From positions 62,001-126,000 of the forward strand of contig NW_025767707.1 in the NCBI RefSeq assembly GCF_003918875.1: a stretch of DNA of 64,000 nucleotides, given 5' to 3'. Numbering within the stretch: position 1 is the stretch's first letter; every line of letters begins with the position of its first letter. The stretch is from Haliotis rubra (taxonomy: Eukaryota). Of the stretch, positions 12,679 through 24,621 are shown piece by piece. The position numbers and the translations under genes are program-made. The notes beneath the pieces were generated by a model. That model made no database searches and was not told the DNA's origin. It saw only the letters and a program-made list of their open reading frames with translations.

Positions 12679-14188
12679 CACCTAAACTATTAATATGTCC
12701 GCAGAGGTTGCAGTTTTGACTCACGTTTATAAAAAACAGACATTTGCTTGACATGCAAGATTCCTTAAAACGTATTTCTCGAAAATCAAAAATGTCAGGC
12801 TCCCCTTTTGCTGGGGAAAATGGTTGTCTTGAAGCAGAGGCCCAAAACTGTCCTTTCACTGAGAAAAACAACTTGAAATCATATAATTGTGGTTTTCTGT
12901 TCTAGATACTTGGGGCGGTTTGCAAACTTGAACACGTGAAAGGAAAATACTTTTTTATCAAATATAATTTATTCAAAATTGTGAAACGAATGAAAAGAAA
13001 GCACGAGGCGTGTGAATCTTGCAAAACGTCCATAATAGTCTTTAGTCAATGCCAGAAGATTTTTCAAAACACATCGCTCATGAATGTAAAGCTACAATGC
13101 GTTTTTGCAAGCTTGAGGTAATATTACATTTGGGATTACACTTTCTCAATCCCAAACATAGCATATGTAATACACTGCATCGTGATTAAATAGAAACAAT
13201 GAGGCCATTCGATGCATGACATCAGTAATATCCAAGACGATGATTGTATTACTATAAGTGACAAACACACACGTATAACAATATAGGAAACTCTCATAAC
13301 GATTCTTACGCAACGTTTCGATGATACTTCAACTATACCTAGGGTATTCTACTTTTCAAGATGGCGTTAAAGACCTGTTTGAAGGCCAACATCCTGCTCA
13401 TCCTAACCGTCATCTCTGCAATCATCGGCGTGACCATCGGGTTGCTATTTCGTCAGCTGCATCTCTCCCCGGAAACCATCCTTCTCATCAGTCTCCCAGG
13501 GGATACATTCATGAGGATGTGGAACATGCTTGTACTTCCGCTGATTGTTGCAAGCATGATCACAGGTAGAGTGAATTCTGTTTTACCCGGACGTTATTCT
13601 CTGGTTTGTTTTAGACCGCCATCGTATACCAGAAGTACAGTAGTCTGCCTCACAGTCCCTGAACTGCATTATTTTCCCTTGTGCTCACAGACCCGTGAAG
13701 ATCCGGGTTAGAATTGGTATTCAGCAACCAATACTTGTCGTAAGAGGCGACTAACAGGGTCGTGTGGTCAGACTCACTGACTCCGTATCCCAATGGCGTA
13801 GATCGATGCTCATGCTGTTCATCAATGGATTGTCTGGACCAGACTTGATTGCCAGACCGCTGCCATATAGCTGGAAGATAAGTAAACCAAGACTTTAAAC
13901 AATTGTGTCATACAGGAGTGTTAGAGGTGAGACCATTATTTTTGGATTCACAATTCCATCAATAATCAAATCTCGTCACGATCAAAAGCATTCATTGTAC
14001 AGTCGGTTATGTACATAACCTCATGGGGTCACTACACGTATTATATATTAGAATATTAATTCTATTTCGAGCCCTAATATTAAGTATCGTAGAACCGATA
14101 TTTATTGTAACCCGCGCATTAAATATGGGTTCTTTCCCTCGACATTTTTAAACGCTTGCTAAGATATACTGTCACTGAGATAGGCTTG

Positions 14189-14540
14189 TTCTCCATTTGA
14201 TTATTCCATCTGGAGTGACCTTATGTTTTAACAGGAATTGCTAACAAGAACAGAATGTCATCAGGAAAGATGGACCTGTTCTCCATTTGATTATTCCATT
14301 TAGAGTTAATTTATGTGTTAACAAGAATTGCTAACAAGAACAGGACGTTATCAGAAAAGATGGGCATGTTCTCCATTTGATTATTGCTTTTAGAGTAACC
14401 TTTTGATAGGAATAGCTAACATGGACAAAACGACATCAGGAAAGAAAGGCATGTTCTCCATTTAATTCGTCAGAGTTACCTTATATTGTCAGGAATTGCC
14501 AACATGGACAGCAAGTCATCAGGAAAGATGAGCTTGTTCA
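14189..14540 (+). repeat. ~90-bp tandem duplications of the intron 1/exon 2 boundary (also at 34850-35125 in copy C)
   Basis: Units of TTCTCCATTTGATTATT...TTAACAG|GAATTGCTAAC...TCATCAGGAAAGATGG repeat immediately upstream of the true acceptor. Confidence 0.9.
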
Positions 14541-15374
14541 CTATGGCCTACTATATTTCTACAACCATCATTGCAATCTGTATTGGCTTTGCTCTGGTGT
14601 TCATTATCAAGCCAGGATTACGTGACACGCTGGTGTCATCGGGTACGCAGTCTGAAGAGTTCCATGCTCCTTCGGCAGTTGACATGATTTTTGATCTCTT
14701 CAGGTGAGTGATGACAATTATAGATGTGCATTATCTGGTCTTACCTTGTTTTTGACTGACAGCCCTAATATCTAACTGAGATATATCTTTTTAATACCGT
14801 TTCCCAAACACCAAAAAGATGCCAGTGTCTTCAATGGTACATTTGTCCATTCTGCTGATTTCTCAGTTACTGACTTGCCTGTGCATGCGTTTGCGAGGAA
14901 TGCCGTCGATTGGACAGAATACAGCACAATTTGTGCCCCGAAATTGGGACTAGTTACTATCTGGCTTTGACGTTTTATATTTTGATCATGGAAATATTTT
15001 TGTCCCTTATAATACTAATAACTGGGTTAAGCGTACATCTACCCTTACAATTAAAGGAGTTAATGGAGTTTATCACAACCCGGAGTTCCCCACAGATTCG
15101 CACAGCCCTACTGTTTCCCTACTTGACACCCAAGTACAGACCCTACCATGGCTGGAAATGGCTGGAATGTTCTGGTATAAAATATACAAATACCAAATGT
15201 TTAAATATCATTAAGAGTGCACTGGACGAATAGGACTGCATCGCAGCAAATAGTTTGGGAAAAGGCGAACTTGATGAGTGTTTGGTCTTTCACACGATTA
15301 ATGACACTTCTATTTGTTAGTACAACTGCTGTAACTTCTGCTGCAAACACTGACACGTAATAATGACGCATTAA

Positions 15375-16010
15375 CACAAACTGGGTTTCACATGTTCGAA
15401 TGCTTCTATTTACTACAGGTTTCTCCTATGTCTGGTTATCCCAAGATTGTGGTGATGTAAATCACTTCATGTTTGAGATCAAACAACGCTGTATAGATAT
15501 TAATATACAACACTGGAATAGTAAAATAAAAAACTCATCATTTCTTGTAAATTATATTACATTTAACCTGAACTGTATATTTCCTGTGGCGCATTAAACA
15601 AAGATCTCATGCAAATGTTGATCAAATTTCGATGCCAATCACATAACTTGAATATACAAAAACAACGTTTTTCAAAGATAATTGACCCATATAAAGAATT
15701 AGTTTGTAACAAATGTACTTTAAACGTGCTTGAAGACGAATATCATTTGTTGCTAATATGTCCATTTTATAACCGATGCAGATCCCAATGTATTCCAGCC
15801 TATTTCTACAGCCCACCTTCAATTGTCAAATTCCGAGCCCTTATGAAGATTCAGAGTGTCACTGTTCTTAAAGGAATATGTATATTCCTGAAGCAAAACC
15901 TACGTTAAAATAATTGTTTTATGAATTATATTTCAACTCTACACACCATGACAATGTTGTATTACCTGTTGTACTCTTGGCCACATGGCCTTCAATTCTG
16001 AATAAAGCGA
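15375..16010 (+). mobile_element. 5'-truncated non-LTR retrotransposon fragment, related to the element at 30071-32894
   Basis: It encodes NWVSHVRMLLFTTGFSYVW and KFRCQSHNL...CNKC...EDEYHLLLICPFY. Its 3' end GTACTCTTGGCCACATGGCC...CTGAATAAA matches 32831-32866. Confidence 0.85.
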
Positions 16011-17298
16011 TCAACACATCGGAGATTCTATAATCGGGGATCCAGAAAGCTCCAGGAGTATGGATCATAGAAGAATCCTTGGAGGCGTAAGTATAACTAT
16101 GTGTAAAATCTGCATAACGTATAAAATCTCTAATTACGAACTCCAAATACGGTTTCAACAATATGTGACCTGGTTGTAGGTTGCAGTCGTTAATGTTATG
16201 GACTATGTTGTGTAACACATGTAACTGGTATTCTGAAGACTGTCATGTAGATGTCGTAATTCCCTGTGATGATTTCCTTTTTTCAGTAATCTGTTTCCAG
16301 ACAATATTGTTAGGGCTGCAATTCAAAGTTCACACACGGTATACGTCAAGGAAGAGTTCGTCAAGAGGGAATCTCCTGATGAATATGTGCTCCAGAATGT
16401 AACCAACTCAACGTTTCTGGTAGAATCTGATGGGAGAAATACTACAGAGGAAGAAACCCCATCTGGACAGCTAGGACTGTCACCAGACCCGGATTTAATG
16501 TTCTGGGTATGCGAAGGCTGGGAGCCTAAGTTTATCAACTGCAACTGTTTGTGTTTCTAGTAAGATTGGTTAAGAAATTATGTTGATGAAGAAGATTCGA
16601 ATTCCTGACTGTAAACAGTGTCTGAGTATAGAACTTTGAAAAAACGTGGAATCCAGCTTAGCAGCATGAACAACATATGATTCATTACATAAACGGGTTT
16701 ATTATTAGGTTCTCTGACGGTTACGCGTCATGGGATTCTTGCCAACCAGGCGATTTGGTTGCCAGTAGAACATCACATGAGAGTACATTGCAAAAAGACA
16801 CAAATGACTGTGTGTAAAGTAACAGTTACTTTCAATGTTTTTGCATTATAAGTAGTATGACACTGGGGCTCCGGCCGCAATTGCCATGGAAGGTTAATTA
16901 GAATGTAATTCTAGCCAAGCAGCTAATGAAAAAATGGTGTTAAATGTTTTATGAGCATGTTGGTTTTCCATTTGTAAGTCTTAATTTTTGTGTGGAAAAG
17001 TTAAGGCTTCCATAAGGATGAGCCCGATCTCATAAGAGATTACCATAAATTGGTTTCTAGATATTAACATATTTTAGTTCTGTGTGCAGCAGCGTGTAAA
17101 CTCACAGGTCAACCCGACCCTAAACAGCCAGGATTCAATTAGTCGTGGGGAATCGATACGAGTTGACAGCAGCCTGGCGACAGCTGCCAATCCCAAAGTC
17201 ACATGGTGTTTTGAACAAGCCATATTGTCGCCATTTGGGATCTACTGGAGAGCGCGTGTAGACCGGGAGGTAGGTGTTTGACTATTGTTTCCATAAAT

Positions 17299-17553
17299 AT
17301 GACGGATAATGGTGAACCAAGTTATTGGAATGAAGATCAGAAAGCGGTTTTACGATCTTATCGAGAATTTTACCAAGAAATGATATTATTTATTGACAAG
17401 CTTGAACAGGAGGGCCCCGATGGGAAACTTATGCCAGAAAAACCAAAGGGAGATTTAAAATCACTCCTTGAGAGTCATGAAAAAAGATTCGAAATACTAA
17501 CAGGTCAAGAACTTCATGCCTATTTAACCAAGAATTTAATTACAACGAAGTAA
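17299..17553 (+). CDS. Small hypothetical protein (84 aa from the ATG at 17299) of the element, bracketed by 50-bp inverted repeats
   Basis: The ORF MTDNGEPSYW...NLITTK is uninterrupted, charged and helical-looking. I recognise no family. Confidence 0.5.
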   Translation: MTDNGEPSYWNEDQKAVLRSYREFYQEMILFIDKLEQEGPDGKLMPEKPKGDLKSLLESHEKRFEILTGQELHAYLTKNLITTK

Positions 17554-17671
17554 GTTTGTTTAGTCTCATTATCCTACATCAACCGTTCACTCAATATCCG
17601 TCATATTTATGGAAACAATAGTCAAACACCTACCTTCTGGTCTAAACGCTATCAGGCGTTGATAGGTTGGG

Positions 17672-17878
17672 CAGCCATGTGGTTTGGCCTAGCAACGCCA
17701 AGCAGACTTGGCCCGCTGTTACTAAGCTCGGTGGCTATCTTGTTTAACTTAGCAACGGCGAGCAGACTTGGCCCGCCGTTACTAAGCTCGGTGGCCATCT
17801 TGTTTCACTTAGCAACGGCGAACAGACTTGGCTCACCGTTCCTAAGCTCGGTGGCCATCCTGTTTAACTTAGCAACAC
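17672..17878. repeat. 60-bp tandem repeat, ~3.5 copies, inside the element
   Basis: The unit is AGCAGACTTGGCCCGCCGTTACTAAGCTCGGTGGCCATCTTGTTTAACTTAGCAACGGCG. Confidence 0.9.
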
Positions 17879-17995
17879 ATTCAAGTTCAAGTCCCAATCA
17901 AACCCAATCCCCTACCTACATGCATACATATATTAAGTATACTCTTCAAATCAAGGACGCATCCCATGATGCTCACACAACCCATCCACCATTTT

Positions 17996-18278
17996 TTAAA
18001 TGTAGCCGTAATATTGAGCGATGACTTTATGGATGGGATCTGTCATAAATTCCTCGAAGTAGGCTAAGGAGTAGGGAGAGTACGGTGCTGTGCGATCTCG
18101 GGTTTTGAGGCTATAATCGACCAAAGTATCCATGAGACGTTGTAACCGTTCGGTACCCACGAGACCTAAACTATCATACAGGGTGGTGAATTTCCCTCGA
18201 CTTGTTACTCGACGTAGGGGTGAGTAAATATTGAGCCCATTGACGTCCACCTAAACACGCCTGAACAACCGTCCACAT
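17996..18278 (-). CDS. Small hypothetical protein of the element, probably frameshifted near its start
   Basis: There is an 84-aa open frame (DVNGLNIYSPLRR...QYYGYI), with an upstream ATG at 18278 preceded by TATATATC. Confidence 0.35.
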
Positions 18279-18309
18279 GATATATACATATACGAAATAT
18301 ACAAATTTT

Positions 18310-19180
18310 AAATAAGGTTGTAATACCGTGTCACAGGGAACAATTTGTAATTCCTCTCGGACGAATCCTCTCGGCGGTCCGTCTTTTAAGTAGTACAAAT
18401 TCGGTTCATCGTCTTTGATGTCCACTCGGTTGATGTAGTACGTTTTATAGACCATATTGGGTCTGTCGCACGTTTTGTGCTGCCCCCTCGAGTTCACCCG
18501 GCTGATACAAATACCTCACGCTGATCCGACTCGATAGTGTTTTTCAAAGTTTTACCCCTGGACGGTGGTGGTGCAGCCGATTCAGCCGTGACGGATTTCA
18601 TTTTAATGGCTTCAACGGGTCTCTTGTCGGGAGTCTGGTGACTTCATTGTTGATGGCCGCCACCACTCGAGGCAAGCGTTCAACCCATTCGGTCGATCGT
18701 TTTTTCGGGCGTCACCATTTCTAGGGCATACTGGTGCCCGAACAAACGCTCGGCCAAGGTGCGATTGAACCTTTCGACGATAGCTTGGCTACGGTGAGCT
18801 CCGGCCACACCTTGTCGAACTTGGACGTCGTGCTTGGCCAGCAGCTGTTACACGGCGCCCATAAACTCACGTCCGGGATCGACTTGTAATTCGGCAGGCC
18901 AGGTCAAGCGACTGCGTTTGTATATACGTTCCAGTGCCTTGACCACTTGGTTCGAATCTTTGGTCGTCAAGGGCTCGGCCTCCCTGTAGCGACTGGCGAC
19001 ATCGACGACAGTCAGAGCATACTAGTACTTGTAGGTTTTGCGTCTCACCCTGTCGTGTGGGAGAAACAGGAGGTCGGCTTGATGGAATCGATTGGGTGTT
19101 GATACATCAAATTTTCGTCTCGGGGTGTATCGGGGCGCTGGCAGGTAGATTTGCTAGAGAGCTTGTTTTTCAAGCCAATC
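18310..19180 (-). pseudogene. Retroviral-like (rve/DDE) integrase of Maverick/Polinton type, with stops and frameshifts; missed by the ORF track
   Basis: Manual minus-strand translation gives QIYLPAPRY...PNRFHQADLLFLPHD...YALTVVDVASRY...LQVDPGREFMG...SQAIVERFNRTLAERLF...PNLYYLKDGPPRGFVREELQIVP. The D-D-E spacing is typical of this family. Confidence 0.9.
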
Positions 19181-20101
19181 GATGGTCACTTCCACTTTGG
19201 TGATCTCGGGGTTCCAATATTTTTCGTTAATCCTTTCTAACGGTGAAAATTCTTCCACTGGCAGGATAAAAATGCCCTTCATCGATCGAGCGGGTAAGAT
19301 CAGATTGATATTCCACAGCGTATCGCTTTTATACGCGACGATCTTCCGATGCCGCAGTACGCGATTGTACAAGATGGCTAGCATTCCCGAATACTGCTGC
19401 AAATTTGTCGAGCCAATTCCGGATTCGTGACGTTGTCGAACTCCAACAAAATATTGTCGATGGTATAGCTGCCCTCGCCATTTTCTACGAAAACAACCTG
19501 TCTATAATCGTTTAACATCAGTTCGTATTCCAGTCTATCTCCCAGCGGCTTGGTAAAACAGCAAGTGACCCTCAAGTAGTTCGAAGTCGAGCGGAATGCA
19601 AAATCAGTTCCTGAACGCCTCTGCTATCGCCTTATGCTTCTTTGCTGTAGCGGCGAGATCAGCTTGCTCAAAATCATACCCCACGCGCAACCGAATCGAC
19701 AGACAATCAGCTGGACAAATGCCTCGGCATTTCATGCTTTCCTGTTCGCTCACAGTTCTCTAGAGGTCTGTGTAAGTGAAATACACATCGCTGTCGTCGA
19801 TGCTGAGGATTTCGTTCCCGCTGATTTTAATGATTTTTTTTTTTTTCACGATGGCTCGACCCAGGTTCGCTACGATATCTCTTTTGTCATTTTTGGATTC
19901 CAAACTGTTCTGAAAAGACAGGCGAGCCGTCCTGGGGACGATGACGTCATTGTCGCCCTGGTTGGGGAATGGCACCAACAGCGTTTGGTTTTGTCGCCGT
20001 GCTCAGGTTGTTGGTCATGGTCACGGATTGACGCGACGGCTTTCACCCCAGGGTTCTCTCAATCGTTGGAAAGGATCTAGTATTCTTCCGTATTGCGACA
20101 T
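19181..20101 (-). pseudogene. Probable major capsid protein (double jelly-roll), frameshifted and C-terminally deleted
   Basis: Fragments MSQYGRILDPF..., NDVIVPRTARLSF, NLGRAIVKK...KISGNEILSIDD, LGDRLEYEL...YTIDNILLEFDNV and NLILPARSMKGIFIL...KVEVTI show the alternating beta-strand pattern and order expected of Polinton-like MCPs. This is recognition from memory. Confidence 0.65.
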
Positions 20102-20147
20102 TATTTATATTAAAAGTATATAATATTTGTTAAATAAATATAATATA

Positions 20148-21309
20148 ATGGCCAAAGGTGGTGAAGATATTCCAATGGACGATTTGGGGGGTGAGAGTGC
20201 CCCATTGTTCGATGATGATGACGCAAGTAGAAACATAAGCGATAACCTCTTAAAACGAGCATGGACGATTATTACGTTGTCCTAGGGAAAAGGGAAACTA
20301 TCGCCCCTCTTCGCGATTAAGTTTGAAAATTGATGATCGAGGGATACTACAGCTGAAAGAGGCTTCGGACGTCGATCTCATGCATTCCCATGCGACTAAA
20401 CCTCTCGTCTTGTCCACGCTGGCTGGTCGCCAAGATGCCGGCTCTATCCACGACAAATTAAATATAACCGGCTATCGACAAATATTAGCGGGAAGTTTGG
20501 CAAGGCTTTACGAGAAGCGGACGCCGAGCTCGATGTCTTGGCAAGTGCAGCCAGTCGAGATGATTTGAGAGACGTTCCACAACGCGCTCAAGAAGCCTCG
20601 AACGACATTGAAAAAATATTGAATGCTTACTGGAACAAACCCCTGCCAGGTTTAGAATTTACCATAAGGGAACTGCGAGGCCTTGAGAACCACTTGTGGA
20701 GAACTTGTGAACAACATAGCCAAACTGAAAGAAGTCGAAGATCATATCGCTTGCAATAAAAGAAAACTAAACCAGGCACATGACGACGAAGTCCTAAAAA
20801 ACATCATCAAGAAACGATTGCACAACCTGGAAGAGGGAAGATTGAGCCGATTGGAAGTGGCGTCCTCCTTCCGAGAAACGCTTCGAACCCAAATCAGCCA
20901 CATACGTGAAACCATCGACCGAGTCCTCAACGAAGACACCACGTTAGCCGAAAGGCTTAAAACATTATTCAGAGAACAAGGCATCACCATCGCCAGCATT
21001 CTGATGGCTTTGGCCTTCATCATATCGACCCTGGTCGTCTCACTGACAGGCAGCGGTGGAGGTGGAAGCATGCCACCACCAACCCCAGGCCCATCAGGTG
21101 GCCATGGCAGCGACTTCAGAGGCTGGATCAAACAACATTTGAAATCACTCAGCCAAGCTGGGAAAACTGCCGAAGCGCTGTCTGGCATCTTGTGCAGCAT
21201 CGTTTCATGGTTGCTTGGCTTCTGGTCGAAAACGGTCACGTGGTTTGGTCAAAACCTGTGGGCATTCGTCGTGGCCATGGCCGGTCTGGTGTATGTCGCT
21301 GCTAAATAA
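20148..21309 (+). pseudogene. Coiled-coil plus transmembrane/amphipathic protein of the element (frameshifted)
   Basis: An acidic N-terminus precedes a long heptad region, a hydrophobic segment (ITIASILMALAFIISTLVVSL), a Gly/Pro hinge, Trp-rich amphipathic helices and a C-terminal hydrophobic tail. Confidence 0.7.
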
Positions 21310-22467
21310 TTTTTAAACCAAATTAGGCACAGTCCAACCGCAATTCCACCGACCATGAGCACTGTTTTACGATCGATGTGTGGCTGATTTTCGACAATGG
21401 CACGTACAGATGGGTGTGGTGCGGGTTGAACACTGGGCTCTGGTGATGTTGGTGACGTCACAATCCCCGTTTCACCGGTATTCGTGCGTGGCGCAACATG
21501 ACTCACGTTGATATCGGCCTTGACAGCCAACTTTTGATCGCTGGTCGCGCTGACGATTTCGTTATTGTAGCCCACCGCTTCGTGGATCCTCAGTTGCATG
21601 TCGCTCGGAGCCATGTACAACCCCATGCCAAACATGTAGTCGACTTTCGACCGGGGATTTTACAACGTGTCTTGGTAACGCTTGATGGCAAATCCACCGG
21701 TCTGGCAATAGCATCCTCGACGTTGGCCACGAATTGTTTCTGCGTGTCGTAAGCCGTTACCTTACCGATGATACTGGAGGAAAGCGTTTGCGCCTGCGCA
21801 CCTAGCACGGCCCACACGTACGTTCGAATCGAATCGTTCAACCATATGGTACCCGCGCGAGAAAACACCTTTGATGTTTTAGATATCATTTTCATCCAGG
21901 CAGTGGCCGCTCCAGGGTCGGTTTGTTTGATGTACGAAACATGACTATGGTCGTTCGTCGTGGGCCCCGTAAACGTGTGGTACCCGGGTATGTACTCACC
22001 ACCCATATAAGTGATTCTAAACGTTCTGTATTTATTAAAATAAGTGTAGATTTTACCAAGAACGTGGTTCACACTAGGAAGGCGAAAATCTTTATTGGTG
22101 GGAATCATAAATTCCCCGTAAATACGTTCGTACGCACGCCGATCGAACGGGTTATTGTACATGCTCCACGCTGTATCTTGGGGGAGAGGTGCACCTATTG
22201 TCTTCAAAATTCGTCTCGTCTGATAATAATCGTGAAACAAGGTGCCTGACTCAGCTTCTCCATGCCACAGTCGAGTGTCACACCCGATCCCGTCGTCGCA
22301 CACCACGCGGCGAAATTGAGTTGGTTTTGCCAAAACTGCATCGGGTTTTGCTTCCACCAACTGAGCTTTACTGACGGTCACGATATAGTTTTTAAAAATA
22401 TCGATAAAATTCGTTTTAAAACTCGTTCCATCCGCATCCACCACGATTTCCATTTTCGTTAGCACAT
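21310..22467 (-). pseudogene. Unknown ~380-aa element protein with a Pro/Thr stalk and C-terminal membrane anchor (frameshifted)
   Basis: ORFs 21590-22465 and 21249-21635 join across a frameshift. The product ends TSPTSPEPSVQPAP...TVLMVGGIAVGLCLIWF. Confidence 0.65.
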
Positions 22468-22512
22468 CACTTATATTGAAATTATTATTATTACATTATA
22501 TATATTGTCAAT

Positions 22513-23167
22513 ATGTACGCGACACTCCCGGGGAATCACGAATGGTGAATCTATTCAACTGCTGCCTTGATCGATAATACATCAGGACGACTCGATCGAA
22601 GTCGCTCTCACCTATTACCCGCGATGGTTGAATATCACTAAAGATATAGGGAACAACAGGTTATTCATCGATGGAAATCGCCACGATTTGTCTGACGGTT
22701 ATTACAGCGTTTGGATGCTGAACGATGAAATTTTCAAACCCATGGGAGCCTATCTCAAACTCATCGAGTCAAATGGCACGCTGACGTTAACTGCGGGGGA
22801 AAAACCCATCCGACTCGGTAGGCACTTGGCGAGAACTCTCGGATTGTTGTCGAACGACATATAACCCCGACAGACCGTCACAGGTTCGAAATTACCGAGC
22901 CTCGTGGTCTATTACGAACTGTTCATTTATCTCAATCGGGTAAGCACGACCGATAATATTCAAGGCGAACGCCCTTGCACACTGCTAAGAGCCATGCCAG
23001 TGTAAATGGAAAAATGCAACGATGGTCGAACGGAATCGTTTTCGACCTTGCAGTACAAAAAGTTAACTCAGGGCATGACGACAGAACGCAAGCTATAAGT
23101 TTTAGATATAAATTATAATCCCGTACATATAGGATACCTCAGCGTCATGCTGCACGTAAAGCAATGA
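22513..23167 (+). pseudogene. Probable minor capsid (penton, single jelly-roll) protein with stops and frameshifts
   Basis: Motifs EVAL, LSDGYYSV, LARTLG, LFIYLNRV, TLLRAMPV, FSTLQYKKL and a terminal SVMLHVK follow the Polinton penton pattern. Its stop overlaps the next ATG (ATGA). Confidence 0.7.
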
Positions 23168-23965
23168 CTCAAGCTTCTGGGCCAGGAACATCCATGCGTG
23201 TGAGAAAATGCACCAATATAGCGATCTCCGACCTCGGGGACACGCGCGGATTCGACGAGCCCGGAATCGACGGTAAACTGTACGCCTTGCAACTGAAAAA
23301 CCACATTTATAAACGCGTCGAAGTGCCCTCCACCGGATCCGGAGGTAGCAGCGTCTGAAGCGATGTCATCGATACCGAAGGAGCGGTCAGCAACACGCGG
23401 TTCGACCTCATCCGCAACGACAACATATGGGCGATATCCACAGCCTTCGGCGGCAAGCTATTCGACCTGAACGACGTCAAGACCACGGTCGTCGCCAGAA
23501 ACACGCAGTACACCCTCGTCTTTACCGACGACAATAAATGGATGTTCGTACCATCTCAAATCAACTGGAATCTCAACATCACGTTCCTATGTTTTTACGG
23601 AAAACAAAGACCATCTGACGACAGTCGTGAATAACAGAACGCTGCTCGTGGCTTACATCCCGACGCAAAGATGCAGTGTGATTATCAGCGCACTGTCGCG
23701 TAAAATAGCCCACACGCAGAACGTAAGTTTGCAGATGGTGTCGGAATTCGACGGCGTGGTCAACACACGACAACAACAATACCACGTTTGCTTCATTTAT
23801 GTGCTGGTGAATGTGAATGCCTACACCAGTCAGCAGGGAGTCATCGTGACCGTGGAAGACACGATATCGCTCACTAAAATCTTTCTGCCGGAAAACATAC
23901 AGCTCATGTGTTTGAAGTGCACGTCCACGAAATTATCCAAAAACCAATTAAAAACTATTTCGTAA
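23164..23965 (+). pseudogene. Spike/fibre-like protein 1 of the element (disrupted)
   Basis: An N-terminal module ISDLGDTRGFDEPGIDGKLYALQL and a G/S linker precede beta-rich sequence. It lies directly after the penton-like gene, and the function is inferred. Confidence 0.4.
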
Positions 23966-23975
23966 CATATATACA

Positions 23976-24600
23976 ATGCACCACCGACACAATGTCACAC
24001 TCAGTGATCTCGGGGATACGGAGGGATTCAATCTGCCCGGCGAGGATAATAACTTATACGTCCTACACTTACAATGCGTGTACGAGCGAGTGTCACTGAC
24101 AGATTTCAAAGAGCCCAACTGGTTGATCAACATGACCCTCAAATCACCCCACATATCTTTCAAAAATAATGGTTACGTCTGCAAACTTACGAACAACGGA
24201 ATCCTGTTTGTCTTTCCCTCCAGAGTTTGATATACAAGTTTTACGAATTCCAGGTCACACGGGCAACATGTTAGCATCAAACGACTTGGCTTCATATTTA
24301 TACGTACACGCACCCGATTACCAACGGGATTTTTTCGATTCAAATTTGGCTATCAAATTACACACCACGTTCGTAATAGAAGTCTATCTCGCAGACGCTC
24401 GTAGGAGGTCAGAACGACAACTTTTGGATGGGTTGACAATACACTGGTCCGACAGACACAATAAGGTCATAAGACCGGGATCGGCACCCTTAGTAAGTCT
24501 TAGTGTCTCGACTATTTACGTGTACGATAATCTAAACCTTATCAGCCTCAAATACAGAGATCGAATACTGACAGATAACCAATTAAATATTACTTTCTAA
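23976..24600 (+). pseudogene. Spike/fibre-like protein 2 of the element (frameshifted)
   Basis: It begins with the paralogous module LSDLGDTEGFNLPGEDNNLYVLHL and has a different, beta-rich C-terminal part. Confidence 0.4.
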
Positions 24601-24621
24601 ACTTATATACATATATTTTCA

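Noticed and set aside
19634-22462. Antisense ORFs 19634-20080, 20742-21239, 21498-21752, 21923-22462
   Set aside because: They are shadow frames opposite better-supported element genes.
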